The notes: generated from the sequence alone by a model not told the origin. 64,000 nt of DNA from Bacillota bacterium (GCA_023439545.1 JAEXNT010000011.1:139659-203658), one strand, 5' to 3'. Counted from the stretch's first letter, positions 48,261 through 56,760 are shown. Program-made: numbers and translations.

Positions 48261-49439
48261 ATGAAAAGACTGATAATAATGCTTGGTTTCCTGCTGCTTT
48301 TGAATGGATCGCTGATCACCGCCGCAGCGGAACAAGCGCCGATACTCAACAAACCGTCAACAGTAACTGCTGCTCCCGCGGTAAGCAATACAAATAAAAT
48401 CAATTATAAAACTGAGTTAAAAAAGCTGGGATTCTTTAATGACGAGAGCAGGGATTCTGCTCTGAACCTGCGGAACGCCGTGATTCGCTTTCAAAGCAGT
48501 TGCAATATTGCGGTGACCGGCGTGTGGGATAAAAAATGCCTCTCCATGCTTGCAGAGCGGCTGCAGACCGGAGTGGCCGACTGTGAGGATATAGTCGCCG
48601 CGCCTCCTGTTTCTGGAAAATGGATTTCAATAAATAAAACCAAAAGAATATTGACGTTGTATGAGGGGGACAAAGCAGTCCAAAAATATCCCGTAGCGGT
48701 GGGAAACCCGCCTTCGCGCACTCCCGAGGGCAAATATACTATTGTCAGTAAGGTAATAAATCCCTCCTGGGGCGGAGGCGGTTATGCCAAGCCCGTAAAA
48801 GGAGGCGTCCCTGAAAACCCGCTCGGATACAGATGGCTGGGGCTTTCGTACAAGAACGGCTCCACGCTCGGAATACACGGCAACAACAGCCCGTACTCGA
48901 TTGGAAAAAACGTGTCCCACGGCTGTATAAGAATGATAAATTCCGATGTAACCCAGCTTTTTACGATCATACCGCGATCGGCTCCGGTCTGGATCGGCTC
49001 CGAAGCGAAGCTGAAGGAATGGGGAGTCATACAGCCGGAATATGGCAGTAATAAAAAGATCGCTGCCGATTCCTCCGGCAAGGTCTCGTCAACGACCGAC
49101 GGAACCATCAAGGTTACCTATGACGAGGCAGTGCCGACCGCCGTGAAAGCTCAACCAACCAGTAGTTCAGCTATTGAAATTCCGGAGGGTACAACCGGTC
49201 CCGTTACAGGCGGGGGCATCGGTGTCTCAAGTGATGCCGGCGCACCCGGTGACAACGCAGGCAGCCCGGAAACCGGCGCCCCAAACGATACCGGCGCACC
49301 CGGTGACAACACAGGCAGTCCGGAAACCGGCGCCCCAGGCAATGCCGGCGTACCCGGTGACAACGCAGGCAGCCCGGAAACCGGCGCTCCACTAAACGGT
49401 ACGGTACCTTCGACCGGGGGCGCCATAAGCTTTCCTTGA
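48261..49439 (+). CDS. L,D-transpeptidase (YkuD domain) with PG-binding domain and repetitive C-terminal tail
   Basis: Signal peptide, PG_binding_1-like segment, and HGCIRM active-site motif. Confidence 0.88.
   Translation: MKRLIIMLGFLLLLNGSLITAAAEQAPILNKPSTVTAAPAVSNTNKINYKTELKKLGFFNDESRDSALNLRNAVIRFQSSCNIAVTGVWDKKCLSMLAERLQTGVADCEDIVAAPPVSGKWISINKTKRILTLYEGDKAVQKYPVAVGNPPSRTPEGKYTIVSKVINPSWGGGGYAKPVKGGVPENPLGYRWLGLSYKNGSTLGIHGNNSPYSIGKNVSHGCIRMINSDVTQLFTIIPRSAPVWIGSEAKLKEWGVIQPEYGSNKKIAADSSGKVSSTTDGTIKVTYDEAVPTAVKAQPTSSSAIEIPEGTTGPVTGGGIGVSSDAGAPGDNAGSPETGAPNDTGAPGDNTGSPETGAPGNAGVPGDNAGSPETGAPLNGTVPSTGGAISFP
49233..49394 (+). repeat. 54-bp coding tandem repeat, 3 copies
   Basis: ga(t/c)gccggcgcacccggtgacaac... 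units starting at 49233, 49287 and 49341; they encode (D/N)xGAPGDNxGSPETGAP. Confidence 0.9.
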
Positions 49440-49465
49440 AATGTCAACATCCACCTTTCAAGCGG

Positions 49466-50725
49466 TTAGGCTAATTTATTCAGGCTCGGGATATCCAAAG
49501 TGGCAAAATAGTCGGCTGGAGTCTCAGCACGGCGGATAAGCTCCGCACTGCCGTCTTCCTTCAGCAGAACCTCTGCGGAACGCAGCTTGCCGTTGTAATT
49601 ATAGCCCATCGAATAACCATGGGCGCCCGTATCGTGTATTACTACCAGATCCCCTATATCTATCGCAGGCAGCATCCGGTCGATAGCAAACTTGTCATTG
49701 TTCTCGCACAAGCCTCCGGTTACATCGTATTTGTGATCGCAGGGCATGTTCTCCTTGCCCATTACGGTTATATGGTGATAAGCTCCGTACATGGCAGGAC
49801 GCATCAGGTTTGCCGCACAGGCGTCGAGGCCGATATATTCCTTGTGTATGTGCTTCTCATGTATTGCCGTCGTTACGAGGCAGCCGCAGGGTCCGAGCAT
49901 GAACCTTCCAAGTTCGGTGTATATCGAAACATCCTCCATTCCGGCAGGTACGAGGATTTCTTCGAAGGCCTTCCTGACTCCCTGCCCTACTGCGTATATA
50001 TCGGCCGGCTGCTGCTCGGGACGGTATGGAATCCCTATGCCTCCCGAAAGGTTAATGAACGCGATATGCGCGCCCGTCTCCTTCTTAAGCTCGGCGGCAG
50101 TCCTGAACAGTATCGCCGCAAGCTGCGGGTAGTATTCGTTCGCCACGGTATTGCTGGCCAGAAACGCATGCAGCCCGAAATGCTTCACACCTTTGCCGAT
50201 AAGCTTCCTGAAGCCTTCGGTCAGCTGTTCGCGTGTAAAGCCGTATTTTGCGTCCTTCGGAGTATCCATAATGGCGTTGTTTATTACAAAAGCCCCTCCG
50301 GGATTGAAACGGCAGCTTATCGTTTCAGGTATACCCGCCGCTTTTTCCAGAAAATCGATGTGAGTGATGTCGTCAAGGTTGATCACTGCTTTAAGTTTCC
50401 TGGCATATATAAAATCCTCTTTAGGAGTCACATTCGACGAAAACATGATCTCATTGCCTTTAAATCCCGTCGCTTCAGCCAGCATAAGCTCCGTATAGGA
50501 AGAGCAGTCGGTTCCGCAGCCCTCTTCCCTCAGGATCTTCAGTATTGCAGGGTTCGGGGTGGCTTTCACAGCAAAATATTCCTTGAAGCCCTTGTTCCAT
50601 GAAAACGCCTCTTTCAGCTTACGCGCGTTTTCACGGATGCCTTTTTCGTCATACAAATGAAAAGGCGTATGAAATTCCTTGACTATTTCCTTAATTTGCT
50701 CATTGTTGAAAAATAACTTCTTCAT
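49466..50725 (-). CDS. Type III PLP-dependent decarboxylase (Orn/DAP/Arg family, LysA-like)
   Basis: FAVKATPNP PLP-lysine motif and alanine-racemase-fold pattern. Confidence 0.82.
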   Translation of the reverse strand: MKKLFFNNEQIKEIVKEFHTPFHLYDEKGIRENARKLKEAFSWNKGFKEYFAVKATPNPAILKILREEGCGTDCSSYTELMLAEATGFKGNEIMFSSNVTPKEDFIYARKLKAVINLDDITHIDFLEKAAGIPETISCRFNPGGAFVINNAIMDTPKDAKYGFTREQLTEGFRKLIGKGVKHFGLHAFLASNTVANEYYPQLAAILFRTAAELKKETGAHIAFINLSGGIGIPYRPEQQPADIYAVGQGVRKAFEEILVPAGMEDVSIYTELGRFMLGPCGCLVTTAIHEKHIHKEYIGLDACAANLMRPAMYGAYHHITVMGKENMPCDHKYDVTGGLCENNDKFAIDRMLPAIDIGDLVVIHDTGAHGYSMGYNYNGKLRSAEVLLKEDGSAELIRRAETPADYFATLDIPSLNKLA

Positions 50726-51426
50726 TTGATATTGTCCCCCTTCGTCATCTCGATAAGTTTTATCTCATTTTTTAGTGAATCCTTCAATAGATCTATCAGG
50801 TTCTTCTTTCTGGAATACAGGCAGGTGGAGTATTCGCCGTCCTCGATATCACCGGTGAGCACATTTGTGGAATCGGCAATAAGTCTTATCTGCCGGTGCG
50901 ACTTTTCCCCGAAATAGACGGTAGCCCCGTCAAGACTGAACGGCACGTTGGTGATAAGCACCGTCTTGATGCCCCTGCCCGCGGCGGACTTTATTTCCGG
51001 CAGCAAACATTCGAGCACCTGCTCGGATACCGATACATACACCCTCTCCCTTGCTTCCGAAATCATATTCCTCATCTTGTCAAGTATGTGGGTCTTGCCT
51101 TTTATAGTAACGTAACCTTCAACGTCGTCCCTTTTAACAGGAATGTTCCTTAACAGCTCCTGCTTTGTCTCCTCCAGCTTCCTGATCCTGTTGCTGCAGA
51201 ACTCCTCAATGGGGACAGGCGTATATCTGGTGGCCGGCCCCTCTATCACGAAGGCGCCTCCCTTGTCGACCAAAGCGGCCAGAGAAGTGTATGCATTGGA
51301 ACGTGATATTCCTGTTATTTTGGCAACCTCATACCCGTTCAGATCCCCCTCCGAAAGCAGGGTCGTGTATATGACGGCTTCCTGCCTTGTGAGATTGTAT
51401 TGGGTCAGCAGCTCTATCATATCCAT
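50722..51426 (-). CDS. TrmB-family transcriptional regulator
   Basis: LTRQEAVIYTTLL...GYEVAKITGISRSNAYTSL winged HTH. The ORF-track extension to 51603 runs through the tRNA fragment and is rejected. Confidence 0.8.
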   Translation of the reverse strand: MDMIELLTQYNLTRQEAVIYTTLLSEGDLNGYEVAKITGISRSNAYTSLAALVDKGGAFVIEGPATRYTPVPIEEFCSNRIRKLEETKQELLRNIPVKRDDVEGYVTIKGKTHILDKMRNMISEARERVYVSVSEQVLECLLPEIKSAAGRGIKTVLITNVPFSLDGATVYFGEKSHRQIRLIADSTNVLTGDIEDGEYSTCLYSRKKNLIDLLKDSLKNEIKLIEMTKGDNIK

Positions 51427-51532
51427 CGAAACCATTCCTTCTAATTTAGTGTTCCTGTTAGGAAATACTATATACCAAATTGCAATTTTTGTCCAGATTA
51501 ATTTTGTTCGAGGGCTTCCATGTGACAGGCAT

Positions 51533-51564
51533 AAAAAAACCCTGGAAGATCGTTTCTTCCAAGG
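51533..51564 (-). terminator. Intrinsic terminator immediately 3' of the tRNA remnant
   Basis: Minus strand reads ccttggaaga-N5-tcttccaggg followed by UUUUUUU. Confidence 0.8.
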
Positions 51565-51573
51565 CTTTCGTTC

Positions 51574-51622
51574 TGGCTGCGGGAGAAGGATTTGAACCCT
51601 CACAGACTGATCCAGAGTCAGA
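51574..51622 (-). tRNA. Truncated tRNA: 3' portion only (anticodon arm to CCA), anticodon loop CUCUGGA, so CUG (Gln-like)
   Basis: The T arm (gaggg-ttcaaat-ccttc), the acceptor 3' strand tcccgca, the discriminator G and CCA are all present. No D arm or 5' acceptor strand lies upstream. Confidence 0.7.
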
Positions 51623-51713
51623 ATTCTTTCTTATGGTATATTATTACAACTGTGTACAAGCCTTAATTTTACTGGCTTTTGCTTTTATTACTCTTAATTA
51701 TTTTCAGTAAAAA

Positions 51714-51754
51714 TTGTCTACCATTTATCACAGCGGTAGACAACCGGTAGACAA
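51714..51754. repeat. Arm-type repeat set: ttgtctacc (inverted) and two direct cggtagacaa copies 11 bp apart
   Basis: Copies at 51714-51722, 51734-51743 and 51745-51754, about 100 bp inside the element end. Confidence 0.7.
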
Positions 51755-51849
51755 TGTTTGTCCTAAATATCAGGGATCATTATAGGATGAAAATATGAAC
51801 CTTGGCTTAAGATTTCTAAACTGCAGGGTAAAGGCTCTAGATATTCATA

Positions 51850-52347
51850 TTACTTGTAAGCACTAATAATCTTAATTATTTGCTCTTTACTCAATGTATC
51901 ATATCTGCCGTACTTTCTCCATTCGTTTAGCATTGGCAAGTATTTATAAAGCCTATTACTGTGACTATTTATTTCTACATCCTTAAACTCAGAAAACCTT
52001 CCCAAATCCTCTAAATAGAAGCAGGCAAAAATGAAATGTTCTGTTTCTTCATTACCATCAAATCCTTGAAATATTACATTATCTTTATCTATACCGGTTT
52101 TGTCGCTTAACTCGTGATAAGATCCATATAATGATCTATACATTTGTAAAATATCAATAACCTCTTTACATATGTCTATAGGAATCCCATCTGACATAAA
52201 TTCAACCAGAGAATCATACTCAATTTCAAAGCCTTCTGCTAATATTTTTTGGGCATTTTGACATTCTTTTTCTTCCTCAGGATATAACTTTTCAAGTATC
52301 CGATATTGGTTAAATAAAATAAGTCTTTCTTTTTCATTTAATTCCAT
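51850..52347 (-). CDS. YfbU-family protein
   Basis: MELNEKERLILFNQYRIL... parallels E. coli YfbU (MEMTNAQRLILSNQY). ATG 52347 lies 9 nt after GGGAG. Confidence 0.75.
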   Translation of the reverse strand: MELNEKERLILFNQYRILEKLYPEEEKECQNAQKILAEGFEIEYDSLVEFMSDGIPIDICKEVIDILQMYRSLYGSYHELSDKTGIDKDNVIFQGFDGNEETEHFIFACFYLEDLGRFSEFKDVEINSHSNRLYKYLPMLNEWRKYGRYDTLSKEQIIKIISAYK

Positions 52348-52462
52348 ATGTATCATCTCCCTTTATAAACTATATTCTACAAAAGTAAACATAACCCTGC
52401 ATAAATAGATAATTAATTAGCAATTGTGGTTAATTCAGTGAAACCAAAAACTGACATTCAAT

Positions 52463-52477
52463 CTTTCGTCACTCGAC
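52463..52477. promoter_or_regulatory. Conserved element motif copy 3 (ctttcgtcactcgac)
   Basis: Matches the palindromic motif at 57397 and 56125. Lies 116 nt upstream of the YfbU-like gene. Confidence 0.45.
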
Positions 52478-52532
52478 TAGATTATTAATAATACAGATTA
52501 TTTCTTTTGCTTCGTTTTCTAAACTGTTATAA

Positions 52533-52805
52533 TCACCGATTGACTGTATTAGGCAAGCCTAGATTGCTCTCCATTGCAGCCTCGAGAACATTTATTCGGT
52601 TCCGAAGTTTTCCTGCTTCAATATCAGATACATTCCCGTTACCGGCCAGATCGCTTTCCGTGATCTCCCCTGCTATGAGCCGGGTCAAATCACCGAGAGC
52701 CTGCTGATCGTTATCATATACATTAAGGACCTTAACCAACCTGTGACAATTCTTGCCGGCGTTAACGATGCTATATTTATCTGGACTTTTACTTAGTATA
52801 TTCAA
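52533..52805 (-). CDS. Hypothetical protein, 90 aa
   Basis: TTG start 10 nt after GGGAGG. No family recognised. Confidence 0.45.
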   Translation of the reverse strand: MNILSKSPDKYSIVNAGKNCHRLVKVLNVYDNDQQALGDLTRLIAGEITESDLAGNGNVSDIEAGKLRNRINVLEAAMESNLGLPNTVNR

Positions 52806-52864
52806 TTATATTCGCCTCCCTCGCTATGATTTTATTCTACCATAATCAAGAAGAAAGCCCGAAG

Positions 52865-53032
52865 TTAATCGGGCAAAGTTTGTTTATGGGTAAAAGTAAT
52901 ATACTCTCGACTGATGATATGCTTGAAATAATGAGTATTCCCTTTGCTCCCCATATACATATACTGTTCGCGTTCAGCGTCTGTCTTAAAGCATTTTTCA
53001 AACACCGCGTCGGTATTATCCACAAAGTACAT
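52865..53032 (-). CDS. Hypothetical small protein (MYFVDNTDAVFEK...), 55 aa
   Basis: ATG 53032 lies 4 nt after the stop of the upstream small gene, suggesting translational coupling. Confidence 0.45.
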   Translation of the reverse strand: MYFVDNTDAVFEKCFKTDAEREQYMYMGSKGNTHYFKHIISREYITFTHKQTLPD

Positions 53033-53036
53033 TTCA

Positions 53037-53246
53037 TCACTCTTTTGTATTCCTTCCAATGAACAGGATCCAGTTGCCGAACCACCACGAGAGGTAATAC
53101 CTTGTACGTCCGAATGTCTTTATCAGCCATTCCTTGTGCGCTCGCTTTTTCGCTTTCTTCTTGTCTTTTGCCTTTTTAATCTTATTCCTGTTTTTGTAGC
53201 GGTCCGCCGCCATCCACATAAGTTTTTTCGTATTGAGTTTACTCAA
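53037..53246 (-). CDS. Hypothetical small basic protein with hydrophobic Trp-rich C-terminus, 69 aa
   Basis: TTG start 10 nt after GGAGGGG. Lys/Arg-rich N-terminal half. Confidence 0.4.
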   Translation of the reverse strand: MSKLNTKKLMWMAADRYKNRNKIKKAKDKKKAKKRAHKEWLIKTFGRTRYYLSWWFGNWILFIGRNTKE

Positions 53247-53292
53247 TGTTTTTCATCCCCTCCGTATAATTTTATTTTTGCTTTAAAAAAGC

Positions 53293-53844
53293 CTAGCGGA
53301 AGAGGGTATCCAACCCGGACATATCCAGACCCACAATTTTAAATTTAACGCCTATTTGGGGCAATTTTAGCGGCCTATCAGTGCAAATGATTACAATAGG
53401 TCGGACACCGAATACAGGCAGAAAGTCCATTTTATATTTGTCAAAGTCAAACTGATTGCTGAGATGTACCTCGACCAAAACGGGATAAACCACACCTTTA
53501 TTTCGTATATATGTGAGAGCATCCGGCCGGATATGATCGATTGTAAATTCATTATGCCATTCCAGGATCTCATATATCTGTTTCATAGTTGCATACAGTT
53601 CGGCGCGGATAAGATCATGGTGCAGCTGCTGCAGAAGAGATTTACGCTCCAGATAGTAGGCAAAATCATTATTAATCGTACTCCGGGTACGCTTGACAAA
53701 TCCCTGTTCCGTCAATTTCTGCAACCGGCTCCGGCTATTGCGCGTGATAGTCTCTGCAAAATAAAGTCGGTGAATTTGTGAAGAAGTGGCTACGTGGAAT
53801 TCCTCAAGGAAATTTAAAATATTCTGATCTCGCGTTGTTATCAT
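53293..53844 (-). CDS. Replication-relaxation family protein
   Basis: MITTRDQNILNFLEEFHVATSSQIHRLYF is a Replic_Relax-type N-terminal wHTH. ATGA overlap with the ftsK-like stop. Confidence 0.75.
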   Translation of the reverse strand: MITTRDQNILNFLEEFHVATSSQIHRLYFAETITRNSRSRLQKLTEQGFVKRTRSTINNDFAYYLERKSLLQQLHHDLIRAELYATMKQIYEILEWHNEFTIDHIRPDALTYIRNKGVVYPVLVEVHLSNQFDFDKYKMDFLPVFGVRPIVIICTDRPLKLPQIGVKFKIVGLDMSGLDTLFR

Positions 53845-55082
53845 TTCATCACCTTCTTCAAATACGGATTGATACACTTGCCACGCAATACCTTCATTTT
53901 GGCACGTTTTTCAGATTGGATTTCCTCTGTGGTTTTAAAGGCATTATGCTTTATCAAGATCGATCGTACGTCGTCTGGCTCAATATAAAGGCACTGGACT
54001 TCCTTTATTTCACCGTTGTATTTTATCAGACAGCGGCCCTTATTCTTTATCTGCTCTGCTCCGGCGACGTTTAGTATGACTTCACTGTCCACGTCTGTAA
54101 CGACTTTAAAGGCTAGGCGTGTAGGCATGCAACCTTTAGTACTTCCTGAGATAATTTTTATATCAGGTCTTTGCATGGATACAAGATATAATAAGCCCAC
54201 TTTTCTATCCAGAGCGACACGGACGCGGAATTTATCGAGCAATCCTTCGCTATCGGATATCCGGGAAAACTCGTCTATGATAATAACCTTATAGGGCAAT
54301 GCCTTGCTGGGGTAAAACTTATTCCACACGGCTAGATTTTGAACAAAGCGCTTTTTACGTACGCTGGTAAATAGCTTCAGCCTCCTGTCACTTTCCTGCT
54401 CCATTTCGTCAAGCAACTGTCCGAAGTCCTCCGGTTTCTCACCATATGACCGGACCTTTTTGCAGTCTTGGAAAATACCCAGTTCGACACCCTGGAAGTC
54501 AATCAGGTGCAGATCAATATTATGCCTGCTCAAAATCAGTGACAATATGATCGTTCGTAGGAAGGAGGACTTGCCGGACTTTGGTTCCCCGGCTACGATG
54601 GTTTGTATAGCATCGTCGATGTCGAAATAAAACTTGCCTTCATGAGTATATCCAATAAATACCTCTGTGGGATCCTCGCAGTCCTCGAATTCATATTTGT
54701 AATTCGCCCCGAGGTTCATCTGTGTCAGCTTCATTACAAGGTTTTTATTGAATCCATATTCCACCTTGCAGTTCAAAGCCTGCTCTATTTCCTGCTGCCG
54801 CTGCTCAAAATGCTTCTGCGATATCCCTTCGGGCATATGTATAACAAGGGTATCTTTATCATGCTTTATTACGAGCGGTATCTTATCATCACAAGATTTT
54901 ATCCCGCACTTACGGAACAGTGTTTCAAACCTGTTTTCATGGAGCAGAGCCAATTCGATTCCTGTTATCAAGGCCCCTCCCGCAAGCATCGCAAGAGTAG
55001 TTACTCCCGGCATAAGTATTTGACCTATGCCGCCTATACCCATCAGTATAAGCCCGCCGCCTGTCTTTCCATATCTATCCAT
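53841..55082 (-). CDS. FtsK/SpoIIIE-family DNA translocase (membrane anchored)
   Basis: Walker A GEPKSGKSS, Walker B VIIIDEF, N-terminal TM helices. ATG 55082 lies 6 nt after GGAGG. Confidence 0.88.
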   Translation of the reverse strand: MDRYGKTGGGLILMGIGGIGQILMPGVTTLAMLAGGALITGIELALLHENRFETLFRKCGIKSCDDKIPLVIKHDKDTLVIHMPEGISQKHFEQRQQEIEQALNCKVEYGFNKNLVMKLTQMNLGANYKYEFEDCEDPTEVFIGYTHEGKFYFDIDDAIQTIVAGEPKSGKSSFLRTIILSLILSRHNIDLHLIDFQGVELGIFQDCKKVRSYGEKPEDFGQLLDEMEQESDRRLKLFTSVRKKRFVQNLAVWNKFYPSKALPYKVIIIDEFSRISDSEGLLDKFRVRVALDRKVGLLYLVSMQRPDIKIISGSTKGCMPTRLAFKVVTDVDSEVILNVAGAEQIKNKGRCLIKYNGEIKEVQCLYIEPDDVRSILIKHNAFKTTEEIQSEKRAKMKVLRGKCINPYLKKVMK

Positions 55083-55103
55083 CACACACCTCCGTCCGCG
55101 CCC

Positions 55104-55132
55104 CCGCCTGCTCCACCCTGCTCCGCAGGCGG
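55104..55132. promoter_or_regulatory. GC-rich inverted repeat in the ftsK-like 5' leader (candidate oriT or regulatory hairpin)
   Basis: ccgcctgc-N13-gcaggcgg sits inside an ~80-nt GC-rich patch in otherwise AT-rich DNA. Confidence 0.35.
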
Positions 55133-55223
55133 CACTCCGTGGCTCCCATGAACTTGCTTTTTGCAATGTTTAGTAAAATTACCGCTTGGAAGTCTTATAG
55201 ACTTGCATATCCGTAAAGCCGTT

Positions 55224-55259
55224 TGGTATAGGGAATGGTATATGGTTTGGTACTGGTAT
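55224..55259. repeat. Cluster of five TGGT(A/T)(T/C) direct repeats (iteron-like)
   Basis: Copies at 55224, 55236, 55243, 55248 and 55254, read directly. Confidence 0.75.
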
Positions 55260-55351
55260 ATGTATATGGAACATAAAAGAAATGTTGCCTGTACGGTAGA
55301 GAATATCTAAAACCGATTTATTTAATAGATTTGTTGTTGATAAAATAATTT

Positions 55352-55379
55352 AAAAAAAGACCTGGAGATTAATCCAGGT
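55352..55379 (-). terminator. Intrinsic terminator overlapping the XRE gene stop
   Basis: acctgga-N6-tccaggt followed on the minus strand by cUUUUUUU. Confidence 0.75.
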
Positions 55380-55563
55380 AGAATATTTTTTTTACATCTT
55401 TGTTAAGCTTAAAGGCCATTTTTAAAGCCACTTCTAGGCTGGGCTGAATAGAATGCTCATATCGGTTATACTGCCTAAAATCTATTTCTAGAAAGCTTGC
55501 GAACTCTTTTTGATTCATCATATATTCTTTCATCCGGATCTCTTTGAGCCGATTCTGGACCAT
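55369..55563 (-). CDS. XRE-family HTH protein
   Basis: LKEIRMKEYMMNQKEFASFLEIDFRQYNRYE is an HTH_3 pattern. Confidence 0.8.
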   Translation of the reverse strand: MVQNRLKEIRMKEYMMNQKEFASFLEIDFRQYNRYEHSIQPSLEVALKMAFKLNKDVKKIFYLD

Positions 55564-55622
55564 AATAATCACCAAACTATATGTTCTCTATTTCCCGTAT
55601 AATACCTTTTTCTATCCGGAAA

Positions 55623-55934
55623 CTATTTTATCCCCAAAGCTCGTCTATGTTGTTCCTTTTCATGCCATTTTAGAAACTGCTCTTTTGGGATACATGCCCT
55701 TCTGCCCCATTTTAATTTGGTAAATTCCGGGTTGTTTATAATTTTGTAAGCTCTCGTTATTCCGCAATATAATAAGGATTTTATATCTTCGACAGTAATC
55801 ATACTGGGAAGCATGTCTTCTGTTATTTTCTTTTTATCATTTGGATTTTGTTTGCATTGTAAAGCGTTTAGGCTGCTTAAATGTTCATTTAACATTCTGA
55901 TCTCCGCCAATAACTGTTCAAGTATTCCTTCCAT
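55623..55934 (-). CDS. DNA-binding protein with C-terminal excisionase/MerR-type HTH
   Basis: ITVEDIKSLLYCGITRAYKIINNPEF...IPKEQFLKW. Strong RBS. Confidence 0.6.
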   Translation of the reverse strand: MEGILEQLLAEIRMLNEHLSSLNALQCKQNPNDKKKITEDMLPSMITVEDIKSLLYCGITRAYKIINNPEFTKLKWGRRACIPKEQFLKWHEKEQHRRALGIK

Positions 55935-56124
55935 AAAGCACCTCTTCCTTTCAATAATATTATATACAATTCCTTAACGGGGGTATTTTACCATACATAT
56001 TAAGCATAAAAAAGGAAGACGGTTTTTCGTCTCCCTTTAAGGCTAGATTCAATTGTATATTATATCCTGTCTTTTGAAAGTCTATCAAGAGCCTTATCAA
56101 TACCGAATTTGGTATCGCTATAGC

Positions 56125-56143
56125 TTTTGTCGCTCAACGAAAG
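56125..56143. promoter_or_regulatory. Conserved element motif copy 2 (ttttgtcgctcaacgaaag)
   Basis: Imperfect palindrome flanked by TGGTAT copies at 56110 and 56148. Confidence 0.45.
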
Positions 56144-56273
56144 ATCATGGTATAGGTTATCCATTCTTTTCTCAGTAAGCAGATCCAAAATAGCATTTAA
56201 AGCACTGGTTGCTTACATAATTTCCTCAATCCCCCTTTAAATTGTACAGATAAGCTTCGCCGGCCGTTCTCTT

Positions 56274-56453
56274 TTAGTCGATCAATTTGTATACCGGGAC
56301 ACACATTACCTTTGCTATTGCTTTTAGAGTTTTCATGGAAGGCTTACTTTTCCCGGATTCAAGTTCACACATATGACTCGGTGAAATGCCAGCAGAGTGA
56401 GCAATATCCTTTTGAGAAATGCGGCTTGCAAGCCTATGACTTTTGAGCTTCGT
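56274..56453 (-). CDS. XRE-family HTH protein
   Basis: LKSHRLASRISQKDIAHSAGISPSHMCELESGKSKPS. TTG 56453 lies 8 nt after AAGGGGG. Confidence 0.75.
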   Translation of the reverse strand, partial: TKLKSHRLASRISQKDIAHSAGISPSHMCELESGKSKPSMKTLKAIAKVMCVPVYKLID

Positions 56454-56760
56454 CAAATACTTTGCCCCCTTTGCAATCGGTATCATTTTTAATGACGTCT
56501 AAAAGAAACCTTATACCATCAGAAAATGCTTTTTTATAACACACCTTCATAGCAATTATCTCTTTGAGGTTATATTCATGATCGATTCTATCGCGTAAAG
56601 AACCGCATGTATGGCCTTTCGGATCACTCGCTTCAACTTCCTTCAAAAGGATTTCAATTTCTTCAAGTTCCTTAACATATTCGGGATTTCTATAAGACTG
56701 ACCATAAATTTCTTCGTCAAGCCATTCTTCGCATTCCTCTAATAAAGCATCTAATAGCAT
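56434..56760 (-). CDS. Hypothetical acidic protein, 108 aa
   Basis: AGGAGGTG lies 5 nt before the ATG. No family recognised. Confidence 0.55.
   Translation of the reverse strand: MLLDALLEECEEWLDEEIYGQSYRNPEYVKELEEIEILLKEVEASDPKGHTCGSLRDRIDHEYNLKEIIAMKVCYKKAFSDGIRFLLDVIKNDTDCKGGKVFDEAQKS

Noticed and set aside
51427-51603. N-terminal extension of the TrmB regulator across the tRNA remnant.
   Set aside because: The extension reads through the terminator and tRNA fragment and has no RBS. The wHTH begins at MDMIELL.
51574-51660. A complete tRNA gene.
   Set aside because: The sequence 5' of the anticodon arm has no D arm and no strand complementary to the acceptor 3' strand (TGCGGGA expected). 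Only the 3' ~49 nt are tRNA-like.
52846-53246. Three overlapping ORFs in three frames, suggesting a frameshifted pseudogene.
   Set aside because: This is resolved as two coupled small genes: 53246-53037, then ATG 53032 to 52865. The 94-aa frame (53130) has no RBS and an implausible C-terminal half.
55083-55166. An Arg/Gly-rich N-terminal extension of the FtsK-like protein.
   Set aside because: It needs a TTG start without an RBS, whereas a strong GGAGG precedes ATG 55082, followed by the TM helices. The patch is treated as a GC-rich leader.
55935-56273. A small Spo0E-like ORF (~42 aa) in the intergenic region.
   Set aside because: It would need a TTG start with a weak RBS, and the Spo0E signature is not convincing.
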